Translations under genes and position numbers: made by a program
Notes under the pieces: generated by a model
Seen by the model: the letters and a program-made list of their open reading frames with translations, nothing else
What the model was told of the DNA's origin: nothing
The model's database searches: none
DNA from: Thermoplasmataceae archaeon
Lineage (GTDB): Archaea; Thermoplasmatota; Thermoplasmata; Thermoplasmatales; Thermoplasmataceae
Direction: 5' to 3'
Length of the DNA: 64,000 bases
Assembly (NCBI GenBank): GCA_043196285.1
Contig: JBBYJL010000001.1
Span: forward strand, 145-64,144
Shown here: positions 29,635-37,103 of the stretch, in pieces
Layout: every line of letters starts with the position of its first letter
Numbering within the stretch: position 1 is the stretch's first letter

Positions 29635-30495
29635 ATGCAAAACCTAATCCAAATTCATGGTGGAGTGGGATCGGACACCTCTCTGAGTCCAGATCTTGAT
29701 GGAATATGCTCACGTATAGATTTGAGGACCAGCCCTTTGAATGCTGTTGTAGAGGCAGTAACAGCGATGGAGGATGATAAAAGATTCAATGCGGGTACGG
29801 GATCATATCCACGAATAGACGGGAGCATCCAGATGGATGCAGCTGTTATGTATGATGGAAATTTTGGTTCTGTCATAGGCCTGGAGCGTACAAGAAACCC
29901 GATAAGGGTAGCACTGGCTGTGATGCAGGAAAGTCCGCATAATGTTCTTTCGGGAGATGGCGCAATAGCCTTTGCAAGACTGAAAGGTTTTGAAGATTAT
30001 GATCCAAGCACACCGGAAACAAGGGCAAGGTGGGAAAAAATGATGGATCAGCTCAGGTCGGGATCAACTGAGGGCAATTCAAAAACTTTGCAATTCATCG
30101 GGAAGATAGATATCAAAAGCATACTCAAGTCAGATACCGTAGGTGCTGTAGCGAGGGTCAACGGCAAATTTGCCGCAGCGGTCTCAACTGGCGGTTCCTG
30201 GCCAATGCTCCGCGGTAGGGTAGGGGACGTTCCCATGATAGGTTCCGGATTTTATGCCGGCGAAAACGGGGCAGTGGTAGCAACAGGCATAGGAGAGGAG
30301 ATAATGAAGAGAATACTGTGCTTCAGGGTATATAACAGGATAGGTTCAATGCCTCTGCAGCAGATCCTGAAAGAAGAGGTAGATTACTTTGATGATGTTT
30401 CCATAGGACTGATCGCTGTAACTAAAAATGAATACGCAAGCTATGCAAACAAGCAGATGGCTACCGGAATACTAAAATCTGAAATAAATATATAG
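29635..30495 (+). CDS. Isoaspartyl peptidase / L-asparaginase (Ntn hydrolase, plant type)
   Basis: 286 aa with IHGGVG, NAGTGS and the autoprocessing nucleophile context SDTVGAVA. Confidence 0.8.
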   Translation: MQNLIQIHGGVGSDTSLSPDLDGICSRIDLRTSPLNAVVEAVTAMEDDKRFNAGTGSYPRIDGSIQMDAAVMYDGNFGSVIGLERTRNPIRVALAVMQESPHNVLSGDGAIAFARLKGFEDYDPSTPETRARWEKMMDQLRSGSTEGNSKTLQFIGKIDIKSILKSDTVGAVARVNGKFAAAVSTGGSWPMLRGRVGDVPMIGSGFYAGENGAVVATGIGEEIMKRILCFRVYNRIGSMPLQQILKEEVDYFDDVSIGLIAVTKNEYASYANKQMATGILKSEINI

Positions 30496-30510
30496 TGGAT
30501 AACAGTATGT

Positions 30511-31581
30511 GTGGAAACAATGGAATTTGAGAAATTCAAGTCTATGCAGTTCCCCAGGGATGTTATGGTGGGACATGGTGTAATAACCAGCCTGCCAGAA
30601 ATTACAAAAGCGTACCTTAAACGGGGAAGCGTTCTAATAATCACTGGCAATAAAACATACGATCTTGCGGGCGAGCAAGCAGAAGATCTCATGTCAAAAT
30701 CAGGGCTTGAGGTCCATGTTATAAGGACAGATCAGGCAAACAGGACAAATATAAGAAAAATTGAGGAGGAATCTGTTGATATCAGGCCAGGCATCCTTCT
30801 GGGCATAGGTGGCGGGTCAAAAATAGATATTACCAAGAAGGTGGCATTCGATCTCAAGCTGCCCTACGTAAGCGTTCCGACCTCACCCAGCCATGATGGT
30901 ATAGCTTCACCACGCGCTTCCATAAATGATAACGGCATCTTCATTTCCGAGCAGGCAGTTATGCCAGTTGCAATAGTTGCGGATACAGCGATAATGGTGA
31001 AGGCACCGTATCGTTATCTGGCTGCGGGTGCAGCAGATGTGATCTCAAACATAACTGCACTAATGGACTGGAAACTTGCTCACAGGGTCAAGGGGGAAGA
31101 CTACAGTTCAACTGCAGCAGCCCTTTCGGAATATTCTTCCAGAGAACTCATAGAAAAGGCCCATATGATAATGTCTGGTGTGGAAGAGTCAGTATGGTTA
31201 GTGACAAAGCAGATACTTGCATCAGGAACCGCAATGGCTATTGCATCATCTTCCAGGCCTGCGAGCGGAAGCGAACACCTCTTCGCGCACGCGCTTGAGA
31301 AACTTGGAGTGGGCAGTGCAATTCATGGAGAACAGGTAGCAATAGGATCTGTGGTCAGCATGTACCTTCATGGTGGTGAATGGGAGAGGCTTGCATCTGT
31401 ATACAGGAAAATCAACCTCCCCATCAGGGCACGGGATTACGGGATCAGAGATGAGGATGCAATCAAGGCTCTCTCAACAGCGCATAATATCAGGCCGGAA
31501 AGATTTACCATCCTTGGAGATAGCGACTTGAGTTACAATGCTGCGGAGCGCGCTCTTCAGATTACTGGTATTATTGGTTGA
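30511..31581 (+). CDS. egsA: sn-Glycerol-1-phosphate dehydrogenase
   Basis: 356 aa with LPRDVMVGHGV-type N-terminus (here FPRDVMVGHGV), GIGGGSKIDITK, and PTSPSHDGIASP. This is the archaeal lipid-backbone enzyme. Confidence 0.85.
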   Translation: METMEFEKFKSMQFPRDVMVGHGVITSLPEITKAYLKRGSVLIITGNKTYDLAGEQAEDLMSKSGLEVHVIRTDQANRTNIRKIEEESVDIRPGILLGIGGGSKIDITKKVAFDLKLPYVSVPTSPSHDGIASPRASINDNGIFISEQAVMPVAIVADTAIMVKAPYRYLAAGAADVISNITALMDWKLAHRVKGEDYSSTAAALSEYSSRELIEKAHMIMSGVEESVWLVTKQILASGTAMAIASSSRPASGSEHLFAHALEKLGVGSAIHGEQVAIGSVVSMYLHGGEWERLASVYRKINLPIRARDYGIRDEDAIKALSTAHNIRPERFTILGDSDLSYNAAERALQITGIIG

Positions 31582-31585
31582 TTTT

Positions 31586-32023
31586 ATGAAAAAAATATCG
31601 TTGATAGGTTTAGACCTTGCAAAAGAAGGACTTGATTTTACATTCACATCCCCCCTGCAGATATGTTCCGAATGCAGGGTCAGAAACGTTTGCTTCAGCC
31701 TTGAGCCCGGAAAGACTTACAAGATAGCAAAGGTGAGGGAAAAGGAACATCCCTGCATCGTATTCAGGGGAGATAAGGTCAAGACAATAGAGGTAGAGGA
31801 AGTTGATGAGACGATGAACCTGAAATATGGTCTCAGCCTTCAGGAAGGTTCCACAGTTACCGCCAAGTCAATGGGTTGTGACTACATCACATGTCCCAAC
31901 ATAGAGAAATGCAACGTTCTCCATGGGAAGGAGGGAAGGAAGGCAACCATCACATCAATTGGCGAAAAACTTGACTGCCCAAAAGGCTATGATATGAGAA
32001 AAGTTTCGGTGTCTTTTAAATAA
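31586..32023 (+). CDS. UPF0179-family Cys-rich archaeal protein
   Basis: 145 aa from ATG 31586: MKKISLIGLDLAKEGLDFTFTSPLQICSECRVRNVCFSLEPGKTYKIAKVRE... matches my recollection of the UPF0179 family. The track ORF starts earlier, inside egsA. Confidence 0.65.
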   Translation: MKKISLIGLDLAKEGLDFTFTSPLQICSECRVRNVCFSLEPGKTYKIAKVREKEHPCIVFRGDKVKTIEVEEVDETMNLKYGLSLQEGSTVTAKSMGCDYITCPNIEKCNVLHGKEGRKATITSIGEKLDCPKGYDMRKVSVSFK

Positions 32024-32033
32024 GAAAATCATC

Positions 32034-33215
32034 ATGAGCAGAATAAAAATTGGGCTTGTCGGAAAACCAAACGTAGGAAAATCAACCCTGTTTTCGGCAA
32101 TAACAAGCAATGCAGCTGAAATCGGAAACTACCCTTTTACTACACTAAAGCCAAACACCGGTGTTGGACTGATCACCACAACCTGTCCCGAGGTTGAACT
32201 TGGAAAAAAATGCAATCCGAGAGAGGGTACATGCGAAGGTGGAATCAGGAAGGTCCCCATCGAAGTGATTGACGTGCCTGGACTTATTGAAGGTGCGAGT
32301 TCAGGTAAGGGAATGGGCAACGAATTTCTTGAAAACATAAAGGACGCAGACGCACTTCTACTAGTCTTTGACGCATCCGGGAGAACAACCATGGAGGGAG
32401 TACCTTCCGAATCAACCATAGACCCTGCCAGAGAAATAGAGATGGTGCGATCTGAGCTCTACAGGTGGCTATCTTCCAGGCTTTCAAGGGACTGGGAAAG
32501 GTTTGCAAAAAAGGAAGACTCTTCAGGAGAAAAGATAGTAAAAGGTCTCCTAAAGAAGACCTCATCGCTGGGAATAGGCGAAAAGGACGTTTCACGGGTC
32601 CTCAACAGTGGAGTATTTCCAGCGAAACTAACGCTCTGGGGAGAAAGCGACTTTGATGACTTTGCCAGAAAGGTGTTTGAGATTGTAAAACCCATTGTTC
32701 CTGTTGGCAACAAGGTAGATGCGGCCTCAGATGATACCATCACAAGGTTGAGGTCGCTTTATCCGGAAATAATGTTCACATCAGGGGGGCAGGAACTGGC
32801 AATCTCTAAAGCAATAGAGAACGGAATAGTTGAGGGCAGATCGATCCCCTTCAGGGTATCCAGCAAGGCGAACGAAGCGCAGAGAAAAGGCCTGGCTATG
32901 GTGGAGACAGTAATGAGAAAGGAATATTATTCATCTCCGCAGCAAATACTTACAAAAGTGGTTCTCTCAAAGCTTGGTCTTATTTTTGTTTATCCAGTTT
33001 ACGATGAATCCCACTGGACAGATAAGGAAGGTAATGTACTGCCCGACTGTTTCCTGGTTCCAAAGGGAACGACAGCAATAGATCTTGCTTTCAAGGTTCA
33101 CACGGAGATCGGTAACGGATTCATAAAGGCTATAGACTGCAGGAAGAAGAGAATCATTGCCAGGGACCATGAACTTCAGGACTCTGATGTGATAAGTATA
33201 GTGTCTAAATCGTAG
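32034..33215 (+). CDS. OBG/YchF-DRG-type GTP-binding protein with a TGS-like C-terminus
   Basis: 393 aa with G1 GLVGKPNVGKST, G3 DVPGLIEGA and G4 NKVD. Confidence 0.85.
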   Translation: MSRIKIGLVGKPNVGKSTLFSAITSNAAEIGNYPFTTLKPNTGVGLITTTCPEVELGKKCNPREGTCEGGIRKVPIEVIDVPGLIEGASSGKGMGNEFLENIKDADALLLVFDASGRTTMEGVPSESTIDPAREIEMVRSELYRWLSSRLSRDWERFAKKEDSSGEKIVKGLLKKTSSLGIGEKDVSRVLNSGVFPAKLTLWGESDFDDFARKVFEIVKPIVPVGNKVDAASDDTITRLRSLYPEIMFTSGGQELAISKAIENGIVEGRSIPFRVSSKANEAQRKGLAMVETVMRKEYYSSPQQILTKVVLSKLGLIFVYPVYDESHWTDKEGNVLPDCFLVPKGTTAIDLAFKVHTEIGNGFIKAIDCRKKRIIARDHELQDSDVISIVSKS

Positions 33216-33249
33216 AATTTTCAATGATGTCGGGCAGAGCTTTAATAAT

Positions 33250-33281
33250 TAACCGGCTAAATTTCTTTCTTTATCCGGTTA
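33250..33281 (+). terminator. Hairpin with a T-rich loop downstream of the GTPase gene
   Basis: TAACCGGCTAAA (33250-33261) pairs with TTTATCCGGTTA (33270-33281), 11 of 12 positions complementary, around the loop TTTCTTTC. It lies 35 nt after the stop at 33215. Confidence 0.3.
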
Positions 33282-33360
33282 GATGAAAGACGTCTCTCTA
33301 AGATCGTTATTCTGGCAGTTAAAGGATAAAGAATTATTATCTATTTTTTTATGCACATGC

Positions 33361-33726
33361 ATGATACCTGGCAGAATAAATTCAAGGGAAGTCAAGCGAA
33401 TGATGGCCCAGATGGGCATCAAGACTACCGATCTTACTGACGTTAAGAGGATATTGATGGAAGGTACACTTAAAGATTATCTGATAACAGAACCGAGCGT
33501 CACAATAATAGAAGCGAAGGGTGAGAAGTATTTCCAGGTATCAGGAAACCTGAAGGAAGTACCCAAAGGTACAGTGACTCCGGCTACCGCACAGCCTGAA
33601 GTGAACGAGGAGGACCTGAAATTAGTGATCGATCAGACAGGAGCTTCAAGAGAAAAAGCAATAGAAGCTCTAAAGAAGGCGAACGGCGAACCTGCACAGG
33701 CGATTATTGATCTGCTAGGAAAATGA
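33361..33726 (+). CDS. nac: Nascent polypeptide-associated complex protein (archaeal NAC)
   Basis: MIPGRINSREVKRMMAQMGIK... is a NAC domain, with a C-terminal UBA-like EKAIEALKKANGEPAQAIIDL. The track ORF starts at 33283. Confidence 0.8.
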   Translation: MIPGRINSREVKRMMAQMGIKTTDLTDVKRILMEGTLKDYLITEPSVTIIEAKGEKYFQVSGNLKEVPKGTVTPATAQPEVNEEDLKLVIDQTGASREKAIEALKKANGEPAQAIIDLLGK

Positions 33727-35024
33727 AATACATAGACCAGCTTCTGCTGGAGAACAGACCCAACGAAGACGACGAGAGAAAATATAAGGCTGTTGTAGAC
33801 TCAATCACTGGAAAGGTTAAGAAATATTGTGAATCGAGAGATATAGACGCGGATCCGGTAGTCGTGGGATCCTATGCAAAGGGAACAAACCTTAAAAACG
33901 GTGATGTTGATATCTTCATCAGATTTGATAGGAAATACAAAACGCAATATATGGAACAGATGGGGCTTGAGATAGGCCGGTTCCTTTTCAAGGATCCAAT
34001 TGAGAAATATGCCGAACACCCATATATAATGGGAAACATAGACGGCATAAAGATTGATATTGTCCCATGCTACCGAATAAAGCCCGGCGAGAAGAAGATT
34101 TCCTCGGTGGATCGCACTCCTCTTCATTCTGAATATGTGAAGGAAAATCTTCCTGAAACCGGAAGGGACGAGGTTAGAAAGCTTAAGTTGTTCTTCAAGG
34201 CGCTTGATATATATGGATCACAGGTTTCAGTCTCCGGATTTTCAGGCTATATATGCGAACTGCTGGTTATACAGTTTGGAGATTTTGAGTCTGTATGCCG
34301 TTACTTTTCCGAACTTCAAGGAAGAATGATCCTCCCCCCTGATAGCAGGTTTACAGACAGGTTCAATTCTCCTGCTGTATTCATCGATCCTTGTGACAGC
34401 GACCGGAATGCCGCAGCAGCTGTAAGTCTCCAGTCGCTATCCACAGCAAAGCTTGGTTGCAGGATTTTCTTAAAAATGGGGGAAGAATTCATATTTGGAG
34501 ATACAGGAGGTCAATTCCTGAGCGTCGAGGAAAGGGGTACCGCCATAAGGGTCTTCACAATTCCAAAACCCGATTTGATCGACGATATCCTCTATCCGCA
34601 GGTTATCAAGTTCAGGGATGTTATACTTGGAATACTCAATCAGGGAGGTTTCCAGCCCATATCCTCGTATATTGAGATAAACAGGAATATCAGCATACTG
34701 GTCGAATGCGACCATGCAACAGTTCCCAACATTGTGATCCATCAGGGCCCGAGAGTGGACTTTGAAAATGCCCTTGACTTCATGAAGAAGTGGACTAAAA
34801 TTCCCCGCTTCAGTGGCCCATACATAGTTGGAGACAGACTCTATGTAGGCGTGAAAAGGGAATGTGTGACCATAGAATCCTGTGTCCTCAAGAATATGGG
34901 TACTTTTGACATAGGGAAGAACCTTAACAGGTACAGGGACGAACTTGTAATTATAAACCCTATAGGAGATCCATCATGGTCAGATGTACTAAAAAAGTAT
35001 GGCAATCATTATTTTCCGAGATGA
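33723..35024 (+). CDS. cca: CCA-adding enzyme (archaeal class I tRNA nucleotidyltransferase)
   Basis: 433 aa with VVVGSYAKGTNLKNGDVDIFIRF (the G[SG]...DxD nucleotidyltransferase motif) and VDRTPLHSEY. ATGA overlap with nac. Confidence 0.9.
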   Translation: MKYIDQLLLENRPNEDDERKYKAVVDSITGKVKKYCESRDIDADPVVVGSYAKGTNLKNGDVDIFIRFDRKYKTQYMEQMGLEIGRFLFKDPIEKYAEHPYIMGNIDGIKIDIVPCYRIKPGEKKISSVDRTPLHSEYVKENLPETGRDEVRKLKLFFKALDIYGSQVSVSGFSGYICELLVIQFGDFESVCRYFSELQGRMILPPDSRFTDRFNSPAVFIDPCDSDRNAAAAVSLQSLSTAKLGCRIFLKMGEEFIFGDTGGQFLSVEERGTAIRVFTIPKPDLIDDILYPQVIKFRDVILGILNQGGFQPISSYIEINRNISILVECDHATVPNIVIHQGPRVDFENALDFMKKWTKIPRFSGPYIVGDRLYVGVKRECVTIESCVLKNMGTFDIGKNLNRYRDELVIINPIGDPSWSDVLKKYGNHYFPR

Positions 35025-35219
35025 TCATCCCCCGGAAAACACTTCAAGGAAAACCAAATCATCACTTTCAGAAACCTCTTTGTCAGAGGTGCATGGCATT
35101 CCATTCTTTATGAAGACAAATTTTTCAGCCCTGAGGCCGAGACTTGAAGCTACTTCTCCAACTGTCTTGCCAGTGGAAGACCTAATTTCTGTGCCATTCC
35201 TGCCAACTATTTTTATCAT
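35025..35219 (-). CDS. ThiS/MoaD-type ubiquitin-like small protein (SAMP-like) ending in Gly-Gly
   Basis: 64 aa from ATG 35219: MIKIVGRNGTEIRSSTGKTVGEVASSLGLRAEKFVFIKNGMPCTSDKEVSESDDLVFLEVFSGG*. The longer track ORF (to 35291) would run through the tRNA, so I take it to be spurious. Confidence 0.7.
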   Translation of the reverse strand: MIKIVGRNGTEIRSSTGKTVGEVASSLGLRAEKFVFIKNGMPCTSDKEVSESDDLVFLEVFSGG

Positions 35220-35233
35220 GTACACTCCTTTAC

Positions 35234-35305
35234 AGCCCCGGGCAGATTTGAACTGCCGTCGACGGATCCAAAGTCCGATATGCTTGGCCACTACACCACG
35301 GGGCT
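35234..35305 (-). tRNA. tRNA-Gln (anticodon UUG), no encoded CCA
   Basis: Minus-strand sequence AGCCCCG TG GTGT AGTGGCCAA GCAT A TCGGA CTTTGGA TCCGT CGAC GGCAG TTCAAAT CTGCC CGGGGCT. It folds into a cloverleaf with a 7-bp acceptor stem, a 5-bp T stem with a TTCAAAT loop, and an anticodon loop C-T-TTG-G-A. Confidence 0.85.
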
Positions 35306-35335
35306 ATTCATTCACGATAATGAGTCGTGAAGTAT

Positions 35336-35539
35336 TGAACTACCCCATACTAACGCATGGGGTTTCCTGATTCAACGACCGACATCTGCCCGTATGAATA
35401 TATTCCATGCATGGCAGAAGTGGCAATCTCCACAGGCGTTAATTCCAGCTTCACCGGTTCTGCCTTTATCAATTCAACCCTCCTTATGTTCCTTGATGCG
35501 TTGTAGTCTCTATAAATTATCAGACCGCGGACATCGCAG
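35336..35539 (-). repeat. Right-end block of the tnpB element (copy 1), near-identical to 60966-61170
   Basis: Manual alignment gives about 11 substitutions and 1 indel over about 204 nt. The block covers the last ~62 tnpB codons plus the element terminus, which is where TnpB omega-RNA scaffolds are encoded. Confidence 0.75.
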
Positions 35540-36088
35540 TGATATATGCGATCTGATAATCTAAGATCATGCCTTATGTTACAGCATCCTGAACAGATTT
35601 TAGAAGAGGATCGGATCTACCTATTTCTATTATGTCATTTCCGTTTATCCACCTCCCCTTTCGTATGTTGTGGAACAGAAATAATATCCAACATCGTTTG
35701 TTATAACGATCTGGTTTATATTTCTTATTTTAGATAATTTAGGGAAATATATCCTGTCATTCTTTGTTGTGATGTGCTGTGGCACTGCAGAATAATCCTT
35801 CTCTCATTCCTCTTTGAATTTATTTTGATCAGCATTCTTATGAAAGAAATTATAGAATGCATTGTCCAGAAAGCGTAATGATTTCTGAAGTGATTGAGAA
35901 TTAACCTCGTATAGCCAGGGATACTGTTTCTTTAGTTCGAGAAGCATGTTTTGTGTATCGAGATAGTTTAGAAAGGATTTCTTTGCATCCTTATGCGTGA
36001 TATAGTATTCATCCCTCTTGTTCAGAAAATAACTGTAAACAAATCTACAGCTGCCAAAATGTTTTCCAAGAGAATTTTTGTTTCTCAT
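35350..36088 (-). pseudogene. tnpB: tnpB (OrfB) pseudogene: N-terminal ~147 codons with an in-frame TGA, an internal deletion, then the C-terminal Zn-finger/RuvC-III tail
   Basis: N-terminal part (36088-35807): ...GSCRFVYSYFLNKRDEYY...LKKQYPWLYEVNSQSLQKSLRFLDNAFYNFFHK...KFKEE. It then reads TGA (35804-35806), followed in frame by EKDYSAVPQHITTKNDRIYFPKLSKIRNINQIVITNDVGYYFCSTTYE. C-terminal part (35616-35350): SKICSGCCNIRHDLRLSDRIYHCDVRGLIIYRDYNASRNI...*. The Zn-finger CG pairs are mutated to CN and RG. Confidence 0.7.
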
Positions 36089-36208
36089 TGAGATACGATT
36101 TCACAGTGGTAGCTGTCATTATTATAGATATTGATAAAAATTCATAAGTTTTTGGCTCGCTTTCATTGCTTATCCTGCGAAAGGGAATTTTCGCTCATAA
36201 TGTTAAAC
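36020..36208 (-). repeat. Left-end block of the tnpB element (copy 1), similar to 62025-62213
   Basis: Shared segments include TTCACAGTGGTAG, TATAGATATTGATAAAA, CATAAGTTTTT and CATTGCTTATCCTGCGAAAG. It is more diverged than the right-end block, with several indels. Confidence 0.7.
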
Positions 36209-36961
36209 TTCCAGATAGTAGATACGCGATCCGTCGGACTGAGAAGCATAACTTATGGATCGGTACTTAATTCTGTTTTTCTCAAGGTATGTCCGAACGG
36301 TAGTGGTTGCCAATTCAGGGGTATTATTCTCCTGACTGAGATGTGTCAGTATTATTTCGCTGTTGCTCTCACATACTCTTCCAATTAGATCAGCAGACTG
36401 ATCATTGGAAAGGTGACCATGATTGCTTGATATTCTCCTTTTGAGATTTTGTGGATAACTTCCATCCATCAGCATTCCAATATCGTGGTTTGCTTCCACA
36501 GCAAGTATTTCTGATCCTTTCATCTTTGAAATAAGCTCCTCGTTCGGAAATCCAAGATCAGATACAATGCTGATCTTGGCGTTCCCATTTTCCACAATAT
36601 ATGCAACGGGATCGGCAGCATCATGGGAAACGCTCACTGCAGACACCTTGAAATTGCCAAGAACCAACTCACTCTTTATAGTGTAGCTCTCCATTCCGAT
36701 TGCAAGTGCAGTCTTTTCACGCGTATATAGATCCGCCTTGATATTTTTTTTCAATATGCCCAGTCCTGAGGAATGATCGCTGTGTTCGTGTGTAATGAAC
36801 ACTGAAACGTTGTCCATCGAAAGACCAAGATCCAGTACCGGATTCTTGAATCTCCTCAGTGATATGCCGAAATCAAACACAAGGAGGTTCTCATCATCCC
36901 AGAGTATACTGCAGTTTCCCTTGCTCCCGCTGGAAATAGACCTGTAACCTATTCTGGTCAA
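36203..36961 (-). CDS. MBL-fold metallo-hydrolase
   Basis: 252 aa with the HxHxDH motif (THEHSDHSSG) and a later SHD...D pattern. Its last codon and stop lie within the IS left-end terminus. Confidence 0.8.
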   Translation of the reverse strand: MTRIGYRSISSGSKGNCSILWDDENLLVFDFGISLRRFKNPVLDLGLSMDNVSVFITHEHSDHSSGLGILKKNIKADLYTREKTALAIGMESYTIKSELVLGNFKVSAVSVSHDAADPVAYIVENGNAKISIVSDLGFPNEELISKMKGSEILAVEANHDIGMLMDGSYPQNLKRRISSNHGHLSNDQSADLIGRVCESNSEIILTHLSQENNTPELATTTVRTYLEKNRIKYRSISYASQSDGSRIYYLEV

Positions 36962-37103
36962 CAGGCAGTAATCACAACACTATATTATGAGATTTCTCAC
37001 CTTTCAATGAAAAAATACAATAGAGGCTTACAGTCCACAGGAAACCAGTCGAAGATTTTTATAATAAGGTAAATGAAAATTAAAAAAATTTGGTATAATG
37101 ATT

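Larger units (their letters stand above)
35336..36208 (-). mobile_element. Internally deleted tnpB-only IS200/IS605-family element (IS1341-like), copy 1
   Basis: It is bounded by sequence blocks repeated at 60966-61170 (right end) and 62025-62213 (left end). It contains N- and C-terminal tnpB fragments but no RuvC core and no tnpA. Confidence 0.7.

Noticed and set aside
35022-35027. The convergent stop codons of cca and the ThiS-like gene abut to form the palindrome TGATCA, with zero intergenic spacing.
   Set aside because: It is a neat arrangement, but tight packing explains it and I see no evidence of function. It is noted within the tRNA-Gln/SAMP finding.
36131-36388. Two similar short ORFs, MIKIHKFLARFHCLSCE... 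(36131-36388) and MIKSHKFLARLHCLSCE... (62134-62322), which might suggest a conserved small gene.
   Set aside because: They are similar only because both begin in the repeated IS left-end DNA, read on the opposite strand, and they diverge completely once outside the repeat. The first also runs antisense into the MBL-fold gene.
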